From: the human T2T-CHM13v2.0 reference genome, Homo sapiens | DNA length: 64,000 nucleotides | Reading direction: 5' to 3' (one strand) | Assembly: GCF_009914755.1 (NCBI RefSeq) | Contig: NC_060943.1 | In this document: positions 1 through 16,050 of the stretch, piece by piece | How the letters are laid out: each line of letters begins with the position of its first letter | Numbering within the stretch: the first letter of the stretch is position 1 | The notes under the pieces: generated by a model | Databases searched by the model: none | Seen by the model: the letters and a program-made list of their open reading frames with translations, nothing else | What the model was told of the DNA's origin: nothing | Program-made: the position numbers and the translations under genes

Positions 1-1129
1 TACACAGAATCATTCTGAGAAACTTCTTTGTGATGTGTGCATTCATCTCACAGAGCTGAACCTTTCTTTTGATTGAGCAGTTTTGAAACACTCTTTTTGT
101 AGATTCTGTAAGTAGATATTTGGAGTGCTTTGAAGCCTATTGTGGAAAAGGAAATATCTTCACATAAACACTACAAAGAGGCATGCTGAGAAACTTCTTT
201 GCGATGTGAGCATTCATCTCACAGAGGTGATCCTTTCTTTTGTTTGAGCAGTGGGGAAACTCTCTTTTTTTAGAATCTGCAAGTGGATATTTGGAGCGCT
301 TTGAGGCCTATTCAGGAAAAGGGAACATCTTCACACAAAAACTACAAAGAAACATTCTGAGAAACTACTTTGTGATGTGTGCATTCATCTCACAGAGTTG
401 AACTTTTCTTTTGATTGAGCAGTTTTGAAAATCTCTTTTTATGGAATCTGCAAGTGGATATTTGGAGTGCTTTGAGGCGAATTGTGGAAAAGGAAATATG
501 TTCACATAAACACTACACAGAAGCATTCTGAGAAACGTCTTCGTGACATGGGCCTTCATCTCAGAGAGTTGAACCTTTCTTTTGATTGAGCAGTTTTGAA
601 ACTCTCTTTTTGTAGAGTCTACAAGTGGATATTTGGAGACATTTGTGGCCTATGGTGGAAAAGGAAATATCTTCACATAACAACTACACAGAAGCATTCT
701 GGGAAACTTCATTTTGATGTGTGCAATCAACTCACAGATTTGAAATTATCTTTTAATTGAGCAGTTTGAAACTCTCTTTTTGTAGAATCTGCAAGTGGAT
801 ATGTGGAGCCATTTGCAGTCTATGGTGGAAAAGGAAATATCTTCACATAGAAACTACACAGAAGCATTGTGAGAAACTACTTTGTGTTGTGTGTAATCTA
901 CTCACAGAGTTGAACATATCTTTTGATTGAGCAGCTTTGAAACTCTCTTTTTGTAGAATCTGTAAGTGGATATTTGGAGCCTTTTGTGGCCTATGGTGGA
1001 AAAGGAAATATCTACAAATTAAAACTACACAGAAGCATTCTGAGAAACTTCTTTGTGATGTGAGCATTCATCTCACAGAGTTGAATCTTTCTTTTGATTG
1101 AGCAGTTTGAAAATGCTCTTTTTGTAGAA

Positions 1130-2090
1130 TCTGCAAGTGGATATTTGGAGTGCCTTGAGGCCTATTGTGGAAAAGGGAAACATCTTCACATAAAAACTAC
1201 ACAGAAGTAATCTGATAAACTTCTTTGTGATGTGTGCATTCATCTCACAGAGTTGAACCTTTATTTTTATTGAGCAGTTTGGAAGAACTCTTTTTGTACA
1301 TTCTGCAAGTAGATATTCTTTGTGATGTGTGCATTCAACTCACAGAGTTGAAAGTATCTTTTGATTGAGTAGTTTTGAAACAGTCTTTTTGTAGAATCTG
1401 CAAGTGGATATTTGGAGTGCTTTGAGGCCTGTGGTGGAAAACGAAATATCTTCTCATCAAAAATACACAGAAGCATATTGAGAAAATTCTTGTGATGTGT
1501 GCATTCATCTCACAGAGTTGAATCTTTCTTTTGATTGAGCAATTTTGAAACACTCGTTTTGTAGAATCTGCAAGTGGATATTTGGAGCGCCTTGAGGCCT
1601 GTTGTGGAAAAGGGAAACATCTTCACATAAAAACTACACAGAAGTAATCTGAGAAACTTCTTTGTGATGTGTGCATTCATCTCACAGAGTTGAATCTTTA
1701 TTTTGATTGAGCAGTTTGGAAGAACTTTTTTGTACATTCTGCAAGTGGATATTTGGAGTGCTTTGAGGCCTATTCTGGAAAAGGAAATATCTTCACACAA
1801 AAACTACACAGAAGCATTCTGAGAAACTTCTCTGTGATGTGTGCATTCAACTCACAGAGTTGAAAGTGTCTTTTGATTGAGTAGTTTTGAAACAGTCTTT
1901 TTGTAGAATCTGCAAGTGGATATTTGGAGTGCTTTGAGGCCTATGGTGGAAAAGGAAATATCTTCTCATCAAAAATACACAGAAGCGTACTGAGAAAATT
2001 CTTGTGATGTGTGCATTCATCTCACAGAGTTGAATCTTTCTTAAGATTGAGCAATTTTGAAACACTCGTTTTGCAGAATCTGCAAGTGGA
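1130..2090 (+). repeat. Local ~3-monomer tandem duplication within monomeric alpha satellite; first copy has a ~75-bp deletion
   Basis: Private markers recur. AAAAGGGAAACATC (~1171/~1608), GAAGTAATCTGA (~1204/~1641) and GGAAGAACT (~1281/~1718) are at offset ~437, while TTCTCATCAAAAATACAC (~1451/~1963) is at offset ~512. The offset change matches the fusion GCAAGTAGAT|ATTCTTTGTG at ~1315. Confidence 0.85.
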
Positions 2091-4073
2091 TATTTGGAGC
2101 GCTTTGAGGCCTATTTTGGAAAAGGAAATGTCTTCACATAGAAACTACACAGATGCATTCTGAGAAACTTCTTTGCAAAGTGTGCATTCATCTCAGAGAG
2201 TTGAAGCTTTCTTTTGATTGAGTCGTTCTGAAACTCTCTGTATGTCGAATCTGCAAGTGGATATGTGGAGCCTTTTGTGGGCTATGGTGCAAATGAAAAT
2301 ATCTTCACATGAAAGCTACAAAGAAGCATTGTGACAAAATTCTTTGTGATATGTGTATTCACCTCACAGAGTTGAACACTTCTTTTGATTGAGCAGTTTG
2401 AAAACACTCTTTTGTAGAATCTGCAAGTTGATATTTAGAGAGCTTTGAGGCCTATTTTGGAAAACGAATTATCTTCACATAAAAACTACACAGAAGAATT
2501 CTGAGAAACTTCTTTGTGATGTGTGCATTCATCTCACAGAGTTGAACCTTCCTTTTGATTGAGCAGTTTTGAAACACTCTTTTTGTAGAATCTTCAACTG
2601 TATATTTGGAGAGCTTTGAAGCCTCTGGTGGAAAAGGAAATATCTTACAATAAAAACAACACAGAAGCATTCTGATGAACTTCTTTGTGATGTCTTCATT
2701 CATCTCACAGAGTTGAAAATTTCTTTTGATTCAGTAGTTTTGAAACACTCCTTTTGTAGAATCTGCAAGTGGATATTTGGAGTTCTTTGGGGCCTATTGT
2801 GGAAAACGAAATATCTTCACATAAAAACTATACAGAAGCATTCTGAGAAACTTCTTTGTGATGAGTGTATTCAACTCACCGAGTTGAACCTATCTTTTGA
2901 TGGAACAGTTCTGCACCTCTCTTTTTGTAGAATCTGAAAGTGGATATTTTGAGCCCTTTGCGGCATATGGTGGAAAAGGAAATATCTACTCATAAAAACT
3001 ACACAAAAGAAATCTGAGAAATTTCTTTGGGTTGTTTGCATTCATCTCACAGAGTTGAAACTTTCTTTTGTTTGAGAAGTTTGTAAACACTAATTTGTAG
3101 AATCTGAAAGTGGATATTTGGAGTGCTTTGGGGCCTACTGTGGAAAAGGAAATATCTTCACCTAAAAACTACATAGACGCATTCTGAGAAACTTCTTTGT
3201 GATGTGTGGATTCATCTTACTGAGTTGATCCATTCTTTTGATTAAGCAGTTTGAAAACACTCTTTTTGTAGAATCTGCAAATGGATATTTTCGGTTCTTT
3301 GATGTCTATGGTGGAAAAGGAAATATCTTCACATAAAAAATACACAGAAGCATTCTGGGAAACGTCATTGTGATGTGTGCATTCAACTAACAGAGTTGAA
3401 CGTATCTTTTGATTGAGAAGTTTTGAAACTCACTTTTTATACAATCTGCAATTGGATATTTGGAGACCTTTGTGGCCTATGTTGGAAAAGGAAATATCTT
3501 CACATAAAAACTGCACAGAAGCTTTCTGAGAAACTTCTTTGTGATGTGTGCATTCAACTCACAGACTTGTACCTATCTTTTGATTGAGCAATTTTGAATC
3601 TCTCTCTTTGTAGAATCTGCAAGTGGATATTTGGAGCCCCTTGCGGTCTACGGTGGAAAAGGAAATATCTTCATATAAAAAATACACAGAAGCATTCTGA
3701 GAAAATTCTTTGTGATCAGTGCATTCTTCTCACAGAGTTGAGCTTTTCTTTCTATTGAGTATTTTGAAAAACTCTTTTTGTACAGTCAGCAAGTGGATAA
3801 TTGTAGTGCTTTGAGGTCTATTGTGGAAAAGGAAATATCTTCACATAAAGACTACACAGAAACAGTCTGAGAAACTTCTTTGTGATTTGTGTTTTCATGT
3901 CATAGAGTTGAAACTTTCTTTTGATTGAGCAGTTTGGAAACACTCTTTTTGTATAATCTGCAAGTGAATGTTTGGAGTGCATTGAGGCCTATGGTGTAAA
4001 AGGAAATATCTTCACATAAAAATTACACAGAAGCTATCTGAGAAATTTCTTTGTGATGTGTGTATTCATCTCA

Positions 4074-4088
4074 CAGAGTTGAATTTTT
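4074..4088 (+). repeat. Left target-site duplication of the 5.1-kb L1
   Basis: CAGAGTTGAATTTTT at 4074-4088 is repeated exactly at 9170-9184. The exact length is ambiguous because it runs into the poly-T tail. Confidence 0.85.
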
Positions 4089-4306
4089 TTTTTCTTTTAT
4101 TATTATACTTTAAGTTTTAGGGTACATGTGCACACTGTGGAGATTAGTTACATATGTATACATGTGCCATGCTCGTGCACTGCACCCACTAACTCGTCAT
4201 CTAGCATTAGGTATATCTTCCAATACTATCCCTCCCCCCTACCCCCACCCCACAACAGTCCCCAGAGTGTGATGTTCCCCTTCCTGTGTCCATGTGATCT
4301 CATTGT

Positions 4307-8148
<3,842 letters not shown>

Positions 8149-8196
8149 TTATTTTGCTCATTAGTTGATGCAGTTTCTTCCTAGTCTTGATGGTCT

Positions 8197-9169
8197 TTAC
8201 ATTTTGGCATGATTTTGCAGCGGCTGGTGCTGGTTGTTCCTTTCCATGTTTAGCGCTTCCTTCAGGAGCTCTTTTATGGCAGACCTGGTGGTGACAAAAT
8301 CTCTCAGCATTTGCTTGTCTGTAAAGGATTTTATTTCTCCTTCAGTTATGATGCTTAGTTTGGTTGGGTATGAAATTATGGTTTGAAAATTCTTTTCTTT
8401 AAGAATGTTGAATATTTGTCCCCACTCTCTTCAGGCTTGTAGGGTTTCTGCCGAGAGATCTGCTGTTAGTCTGATTGGCTTCCCTTTGAGCATAACCCGA
8501 CTTTTCTCTCTGGCTGCCCTTAACATTTTTTCGTTATTTCAACTTTGGTGAATCTGACAATTGTGTGTCTTGGAGTTGCTCTTCTCGATGAGTATCTTTG
8601 TGGTGTTCTCTGTATTTCCTTAATCTGAACGTTGGCCTGCCTTGCTAGATTGGGGCAGTTCTCCTGGATAGTATCTTGCAGAGTGTTTTCCAACTTGATT
8701 CCATTCTCCCCGTCACTTTCAGGTACACCAATCAGACGTAGATTTGGTCTTTTCACATAGTCCCATATTTCTTGGAGGCTTTGCTCATTTCTTTTTATTC
8801 TTTTTTCTCTAAACTTCCCTTCTCACTTCATTTCATTCATTTCATTTTCCATTGCTGGTACCCTTTCTTCCAGTTGATCACATCGGCTCCTGAGGCTTCT
8901 GCATTCTTGACGTAGTTCTTGAGCATTGGTTTTCAGCTCCATCAGCTCCTTTAAGTACTTCTCTGTATTGGTTATTCTAGTTTTACATTCTTCTAAATTT
9001 TTTTCAAAGTTTTCAACTTCTTTGCCTTTGGTTTGAATGTCCTCCCATAGCTCAGAGTAATTTGATCTTCTGAAGCCTTCTTCTTTCAGCTCTTCAAAGT
9101 CGTTCTCCGTCCAGCTTTGTTCCGTTGCTGGTGAGGAACTGCATTCCTTTGAAGGAGGAGAGGCGCTCT
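8197..9169 (-). pseudogene. L1 ORF1p (RNA-binding/chaperone), N-terminally truncated and disrupted
   Basis: Peptides SSSPATEQSW..NDF..EEGFRRSNYSEL and KRPNLRLIGVPESDGENG. There is an in-frame TGA at 8823 (CGA to TGA), a later frameshift near 8520, and the normal stop context GCCAAAATGTAAAGACC at ~8197. Confidence 0.93.
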
Positions 9170-11905
9170 CAGAGTTGAATTTTTCTTTTGACTGTGGAGT
9201 TTGGAAACACTCTGTTTGTAGAATCTGCAAGGGGATATTTGGAGACCTTTGTTGCCTTTTGTGGAAAAGGAATATCTTCAGATAAAAACTACACAGAAGC
9301 ATTCTGATGAATTTCTTTGTGATGTGTGCATTCATCTCACAGAGTTGAACTTTGTTTGGACTCAGTAGTTTTGAAACACTCTTTATGTAGAATCTGCAAG
9401 TGGATATTTGTAGCGCTTTGGGTCCTTTTGTGGAAAAGGAAATATCTTCACCTAAAAACTACACAGAAGCATTCTGAGAAACTTCTTTGTGATGTGTGCA
9501 TTCTTCTCATGGAGCTAAACCTTTCTTTTTATTGAGCAATTTGGAAACACTCTTTTTGTAGAATCTGCAAGTGGTCACTTTGAGCACTTTCAGGCCTATG
9601 GTGGAAAAGAAAATATCTTCACATATAAACTACACAGAAACATTCTGAGAATCTTCTTTGTGATGTGTGTATTAAACTCACAGAGTTGAACCTATCTTTT
9701 GATGGAGCAGTTTTGAAACTCTCTTTTTGTAGAATCTGGAAGTGGATATTGGGGAGCTTTGAGGTCTATTGTGGAAAGGGAAATATCTTCACATAAAACC
9801 TACACAGAAGCATATTGAGAAAATTCTTGTGATGTGTGCATTCACCTCACAGAGTTGAACCTTTCTTTTGATTGAATACTTTTGAATCACTCGTTTTGTA
9901 GAATCTGCAAGTGGATGTTTGGAGAGCTTTGAGGAAAAGGAAATATCTTCACATAAAAACTACACAGACCATTCTGAGAAACTTCTTTGCCATGTGTGCA
10001 TTCATTTCACAAAGTGAACTTTTCTTTTGATACTGCAGTTTTTCAGCACTCTTTTTGTAGAATCTGCAAGTAGATATTTGGAGCACCTTGAGGCCTCTAG
10101 TGGAAAAGGAAATATCCTCACATAAAAATTACACAGAAGTATTCTGAGAAACTTCTTTGTGATGTTTACTTTCATGTCACAGATTTGAACCTGACTTTGG
10201 ATTGAACAGTTTTGAAACACTCTTTTTGTAGAATCTGCAAGAGGATGGATGGAGCGCTTTGAGGAAATGGTGGAAAACGAAATATCTTCACATAAAAACT
10301 ACACAGAAGTATTCAGAGAAACTTCTTTGTTATGTGTGCATTCATCTCACAAATTTAAACCTTTCTTTTGATAGAGCAGTTTTGAAACTCTCTTTTTGTA
10401 GAATCTAAGGTGAATATTTGAAGCCCTTTGCAGCCAACGGTGGAAAAGGAAATATCTTCACATGAAAACTACACAGAGTCATTCTCAGAAACTTCTTTGT
10501 GATGTGTGAATTCATCTCACAGAGTTGAAGCTTTCTTTTGATTGAGCAGTTTTGAAAAACATCTTTTGTAGAATCTGCAAATGGATATTTGGAGCGCCTT
10601 GAGGCCTATTTTGGAAAAAGAAATATATACACATAAAAACTACACAGAAGCATTCTGATAAACTTCTTTGTGATGTGTGCATTCATCTGACTGAGTTGAA
10701 GCTTTCTTTTGATTGAGCAGTTTGGAAACACTCTTTTTGAAGAATCTGCTAGTGGATATTTGGAGTGGTTTCAGGCCAATGGTGGAAAAGGCAATATCTT
10801 CACATAAAAACTACACAGAAGAATTCTGAGAAACTTCTTTTGGATGTGTGCATTCAACTCACAGATTTGAACCTATCTTTTGATTGAGCAGTTTTGAACC
10901 TCTCTTTTTGTAGAATCTGCAAGTGGGGATTTGGATCCCTTTGTGGTCAATGATGGAAAAGGAAATATCTTCACATAAAAACTTTGCAGAAGTATTCTGA
11001 GAAACTTATTTGCAATGTCTTCATTCATCTCGTAAGGTTAAACCTTTCCTTTGATTCAGCAGTTTTGAAACATTCTTTTTGTAAAATCTGCAAGTGGATA
11101 TTTGGGGTGCTTTGAGGTTTATTGTGGAAAAGGATATATCTTCATATAAAACCTACACAGAAGCGTTCTGAGAAACTTCTTTGTGATCTGTGCATTCATC
11201 TCACAGAATTGAACCTTTCTTTTGATTGAGTAGTTTTGAAACACTCTTTTTGTAACTTCTGCAAGTGGATATTTGGAGCTATTTGAGGCCTATTGTGGAA
11301 AAGGAAATATTTTCACATAGAAACTACACAGAAGCATTCTGAGAAACTTCTTTGTGATGTGTGCATTCATCTCACAGAGTTGAACCTTTTTTTTTTTGTT
11401 CAGCAATTTTGAAACACTCTTTTTGTAGAATCTGCTAGTGGATATTTGGAGCTCGTTGAGGCCTATTGTGAAAAAGTAAATATCTTCACATAAAAACTAT
11501 GTGGAAGTTTTCTGACACATTTCTTTGTGATGTGTAAATTCAACTCACAAGTTGACCTATCTGTTGTTTGAGCAGTTCTGAAACTCTTTTAGTAGAATCT
11601 GCAAATGGATATTTGGAGCCCTTTGTGGCCTATGGTGGAAAAGGAAATATCTTCACATAAAAACTACCCAGAAGCATTCTGAGACACTTCTTTGTGATGT
11701 GTGCATTCAACTCGCAGACTTGAACGTATCTTTTGATTCAGCAGTTTTGTATCTCTCTTTTTGTAGAATCTGCAAGTGGATATTTTGTGTCCTTCGTGGC
11801 CTACTGTGGAAAAGGAAATATCTTCACATAAAAACTACACATAAGCATTCTGAGAAACTTCTTTGTGATGTGTGCATTCATCTCATAGAGTTGAACATGT
11901 CTTTT
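9170..11905 (+). repeat. Monomeric alpha satellite between the two L1 insertions (begins with right TSD 9170-9184)
   Basis: About 16 diverged 171-bp monomers with the ACTACACAGAAG signature, resuming at the monomer position where the L1 interrupted. Confidence 0.97.
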
Positions 11906-13113
11906 TTTTTTACATTTTAATTTTTAAAAATTTATTTATTTTTTTCTTTTATTATTATTATACTTTAAGTTTAGGGTACATGTGCACAATGTGCAGGGTA
12001 GTTACATGTGTATACATGTGCCATACTGGTGTGCTGCACCCATTAACTCTTCATTTAGCATTAGGTATATCTCCTAAAGCTATCCCTCCCTCCTCCCCCC
12101 ACCCCACAACAGTCCCACGAGTATGATGATCCCCTTCTTGTGTCCATGTTTTCTCATTGTTCAATTCTCACCTATGAGTGAGAATATGCAATGTTTGGTT
12201 TTTTGCTCTTGCCATAGTTTACTGAGATGATGAGTTCCAATTTCATCCATGTCCCTACAAAGGACATGAACTCATCATTTTTTATGGCTGCATAGTATTC
12301 CATGGTGTATATGGGCCACATTTTCTTAATCCAGTCTATCATTGTTGGACATTTGGGTTGGTTCCAAGTCTTTGCTACTGTGAATAATGCCGCAATAAAC
12401 ATACGTGTGCATGTGTCTTTATAGCAGCATGATTTATAGTCCTTTGGGTATATACCCAGTAATGGGATGGCTGGGACACATGGTATTTCTAGTTCTAGAT
12501 CCCTGAGGAATCGCCACACTGACTTCCACAATGGTTGAACTAGTTTACAGTCCCACCAACAGTGTAAAAGTGTTCCTATTTCTCCACATCCTCTCCAGTA
12601 CCTGTTGTTTCCTGACATTTTAATGATCGCCATTCTAACTGGTGTGAGATGGTATCTCATTGTGGTTTTGATTTGCATTTCTCTGATGGCCAGTGATGAT
12701 GAGCATTTTTTCATGTGTTTTTTGGCTGCATAAATGTCTTCTTTTGAGAAGTGTCTGTTCATGTCCTTTGCCCACTTTTGGATGGGGTTGTTTGTTTTTT
12801 TCTTGTAAATTTGTTTGAGTTCATTGTAGATTCTGGATATTAGCCCTTTGTCAGATGAGAAGGTTATGAAAACTTTCTCCCATTTTGTAGGTTGCCTGTT
12901 CACTCTGATGGTAGTTTCTTTTGCTGTGCAGAAGCTCTTTAGTTTCATTAGATCCCGTTTGTCAATTTTGGGTTTTGTTTCCATTGCTTTTGGTGTTTAG
13001 ACAAGAAGTCCTTGCCCATGCCTGTGTCCTGAATAGTAATGTCTAGGTTTTCTTCTAGGGTTTCATGGTTTTAGGTCTAACGTTTAAGTCTTTAATCCAT
13101 CTTGAATTAATTT
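11906..13113 (-). mobile_element. LINE-1 3' fragment (L1PA3-like), ~1.2 kb, 5'-truncated
   Basis: An A-rich tail, the L1 3'UTR and the ORF2 C-terminus (12172-12984: [30 protein letters not shown]; first zinc-knuckle Cys reads Tyr). It joins alpha satellite at CTTGAATTAATTT|GAGCAGTTTTG. No TSD is evident. Confidence 0.96.
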
Positions 13114-16050
13114 GAGCAGTTTTGAAACAATCTTTTAGTAGCATCTGCAAGTGGATATTTGGAGTGCTTTGAGGCCTATTGCGGAAAAGGAAATATCTTC
13201 ACATGAAAACTACACAGAAGCATTCTGAGAAACTTCTATGTGATGTGTGCATTCATCCCATGGTGTTGAATTTTCTTTTGATTGAGCAGTTTTGAAACAC
13301 TCTTCTTGTAGAATCTGCAAGGTGATATTTGGAGCCCTTCGAGGCCTATGGTGGAAAAGGAAATATCTTCACCTAAAACCTACACAGAAGCATTCTGAGA
13401 ATATACTTGGTGATGTTGGCATTCACCTCACAGTGTTGAACCTATCTTTTGACTGAGCAGTTTTGAATCCGTCTTTTTGTAGAATCTTCAGGTGTATATT
13501 TGGAGCCCTTTGCGACCTATTGTGGAAAAGGAAATGTCTTCACATAAAAACTACACAGAAGCATTCTGAGAAACTTCTTTGTGATGTGTGCTTTCATCAC
13601 ACAGAGTTGAAAGTTTCTTTTGATTGAGCAGTGTGAAGCACTCTTTTTGTAGAATTTGCAAGTAGATATTTTTAGTACTTTGACACATATTGTGGAAAGG
13701 GAAATATCTTCACATGAAAACTACACAGAAGCATTCTGAGAAACTTCATTGTAATGTGTGCATTCATTTCACAGAGTTGAACTTTTCTTTTGATAGAGCA
13801 GTTTGGAAACACTCTTTTTGCAGAATCTACAAGTGTACATTTGGAGCGCTTTGAGGCTTATGGTGGAAAAGGACATATCTTCACATAAAAACTACACAGA
13901 AGCATTCTGAGAAACTTCTTTGTGATGTGTGTATTCAACTCACAGAGTGGAACATATGTTTTGATAGAGCAGTTTTGAAACTCTCTTTTTGGAGAATCTG
14001 CAAGTGGATATTTGGAGCCCATTGTGGCCTATGGTGTTAAAGGAAACGTTCTCACATAAAAACTGCACAGAAGCATTCTGAGAAACTTCTTTGTGAGGTG
14101 TGCAGTCATCTCCACTGTTGAACCTTTCTTTTGATTGAGCAGTTTTGAAACATTTTTTTGTGATATTTGCAAGTGGATATTTGGATCACTATGAGGCCTA
14201 TAGTGGAAAAGGAAATATCTTCACCAAAAAACTACACAGAAGCATTCTGAGACACTTCCTAGTGATTTGTGCATTTATCTCACAGAGTTGAAACTTTCTT
14301 TTGAATGAGCAGTTTTGAAACTCTCTTTTTGTAGAATCTTCAAGTGCCTGTTTGGAGTGCTTTCAGGCCTATGGTGGAAAAGGAAATGTCTTCACATAAA
14401 AATTACACAGGAGAATTCTGAGAAACTTCTTTGTGATGTGTGCATTCAACTCACAGAGTTGAACCTATTTTTGAGAGAGAAGCTTTGAAACTCTCTTTTT
14501 GTAGAATCTGCAAGTGGATATTTGGAGCCCTTGGAGGCCTATGGTGGAAAACGAAATGTCTTCACATAAAAACTACACAGAAGCATTCTGAGAAACTTCT
14601 TTGTGATGTGTGCATTCATCTCACAGAATTGAACCTTTCTTTTGATTGAGCAGTTGGAAACACTCTTTTTGTACAATCTGCAAGTCAGTATTTGGAGTGC
14701 CTTGTGGCCTGTGGTGGAAAAGGAAATATCTTCACATAAAAACTACACAGAGGCATTCTCAGAATCTTCTTTGTGATGTGAACATTCAACTAACAGATTT
14801 GACCTTCTCTTTCAATTGAGCAGTTTTGCATCTCTCTTTCTGTATAATCTGTAAGTGGGTAATTGGAGCCTTTTGTGGCCTGTTTTGGAAAAGGAAAAAT
14901 CTTCACATGAAAACTACACAGAAGCATTCTTTGAAACTGCTTTGTAGTGTGTGCATTCATCTCACAGAATTGAACAATTCTTTTGATTGGGCAGTTTTGA
15001 AACACACTTTTTATGGAATCTGCAAGTGGATATTTGAAGCGCTTAGAAGCCTATTATGGAAAAGGAAATATCTTCACATTGAAACTACACAGAAGCATTC
15101 AGAGAAACTTCTTTGGGATGTGTGCATTCAGCTCACAGAGTTGAACCTATCTTTTTAGAGAGAAGTTTTGAAACTCTCTTTTTGTAGAATCTGCAAGTGC
15201 ATATTTGGAACTCTTTGAGGCCTATGGTGGAAAAGGAAATATCTTCACATAAAAACTACACAGAAGCATTCTGAGAAACTTCTTTGTGATTTGTGCATTC
15301 AACTCACAGAGTTGACCTATCTTTTTAGAGAGAAGCTTTGAAACTCTCTTTTTGTAGAATCTGCAAGTGGATATTTGGAGCCATTTGAGGCCTATGGTGG
15401 AAAAGGAAATATCTTCATATAAAAACTAGACAGAAGCATTCTCAGAAACTTCTTTGTGATGTGTGCATTCATCTCACAGAGTTGAACCTTTCTTTTGATT
15501 GAGCAGTTGGAAACACTCTTTTTGTACAATCTGCAAGTCAGTTTTTAGAGCGCCTTGAGGCCTATGGCGGAGAAGGAAATATCTTCACATAAAAACTACA
15601 CAGAAGCATTCTCAGAATCTTCTTTGTGATGTGAGCATTCAACTCACAGAGTAGAGCCTCTGTTTTCATTGAGCAGTTTTGAATCTCTCTTTCTGTATAA
15701 TCTGTAAGTGGATATTTGGAGCCCTTTCTGGCCTGTTTTGGAAAAAGAAATATCTTCACACAAAAACTACACAGAAGCATTCTGAGAAACTTCTTTGTAA
15801 TGTGTGCATTCATCTCACAGAGTTGAATATTTCTTTTGATTGGGCAGTTTTGAAACACACTTTTTATGGAATCTGCAAGTGGATATTTGAAGCGCTTGGA
15901 AGCCTATTATGGAAAAGGAAATATCTTCACATTAAAAGGACACAGAAGCATTCAGAGAAACTTCTTTGGGATATGTGCATTCATCTCAGAGAGTTGAACC
16001 TTTCTTTTGATTGTACAGTTAAAAACACTCTTTTTGTAGAATCTGCAAGT
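13114..16050 (+). repeat. Monomeric alpha satellite, ACTACACAGAAG/GTGGATATTT layer
   Basis: Diverged 171-bp A-type monomers with the same signature as 1-11.9 kb. The right boundary is approximate. Confidence 0.93.
14440..15970 (+). repeat. Local 5-monomer (~853-bp period) tandem duplication
   Basis: Markers recur at ~852-853 bp: GAGAGAAGCTTTGAAAC (~14473/~15326), GTACAATCTGCAAGTCAGT (~14671/~15524), TTTCTGTATAATCTGTAAGT and GGGCAGTTTTGAAACACACTTTTTATGGAATC (~14989/~15842). The ORF pair 14826/15679 is also offset by 853. Confidence 0.88.

Larger units (their letters stand above)
1..4088 (+). repeat. Monomeric (diverged) alpha satellite, outer layer
   Basis: Tandem ~171-bp units with alphoid motifs CATTCTGAGAAACTTCTTTGTGATGTGTGCATTCA...AGAGTTGAAC...GTAGAATCTGCAAGTGGATATTTGGAG...GGAAAAGGAAATATCTTCACATAAAAACTACACAGAAG. 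Neighbouring monomers are visibly diverged and there is no long-range exact periodicity. Confidence 0.98.

Noticed and set aside
4074-4098. Longer 20-bp TSD (CAGAGTTGAA-Tn-CTTTT) implying a TTTT/GA nick
   Set aside because: It is possible, but the same TTTTCTTTTATTATT occurs in the tail of L1 #2, so the CTTTT is more simply part of the L1 tail. I kept the 15-bp call.
9925-11400. Small indels: ~10-bp deletion at ~9934 (GAGG|AAAAGG) and T-run expansion at ~11387
   Set aside because: These are ordinary slippage or microhomology decay in old satellite.
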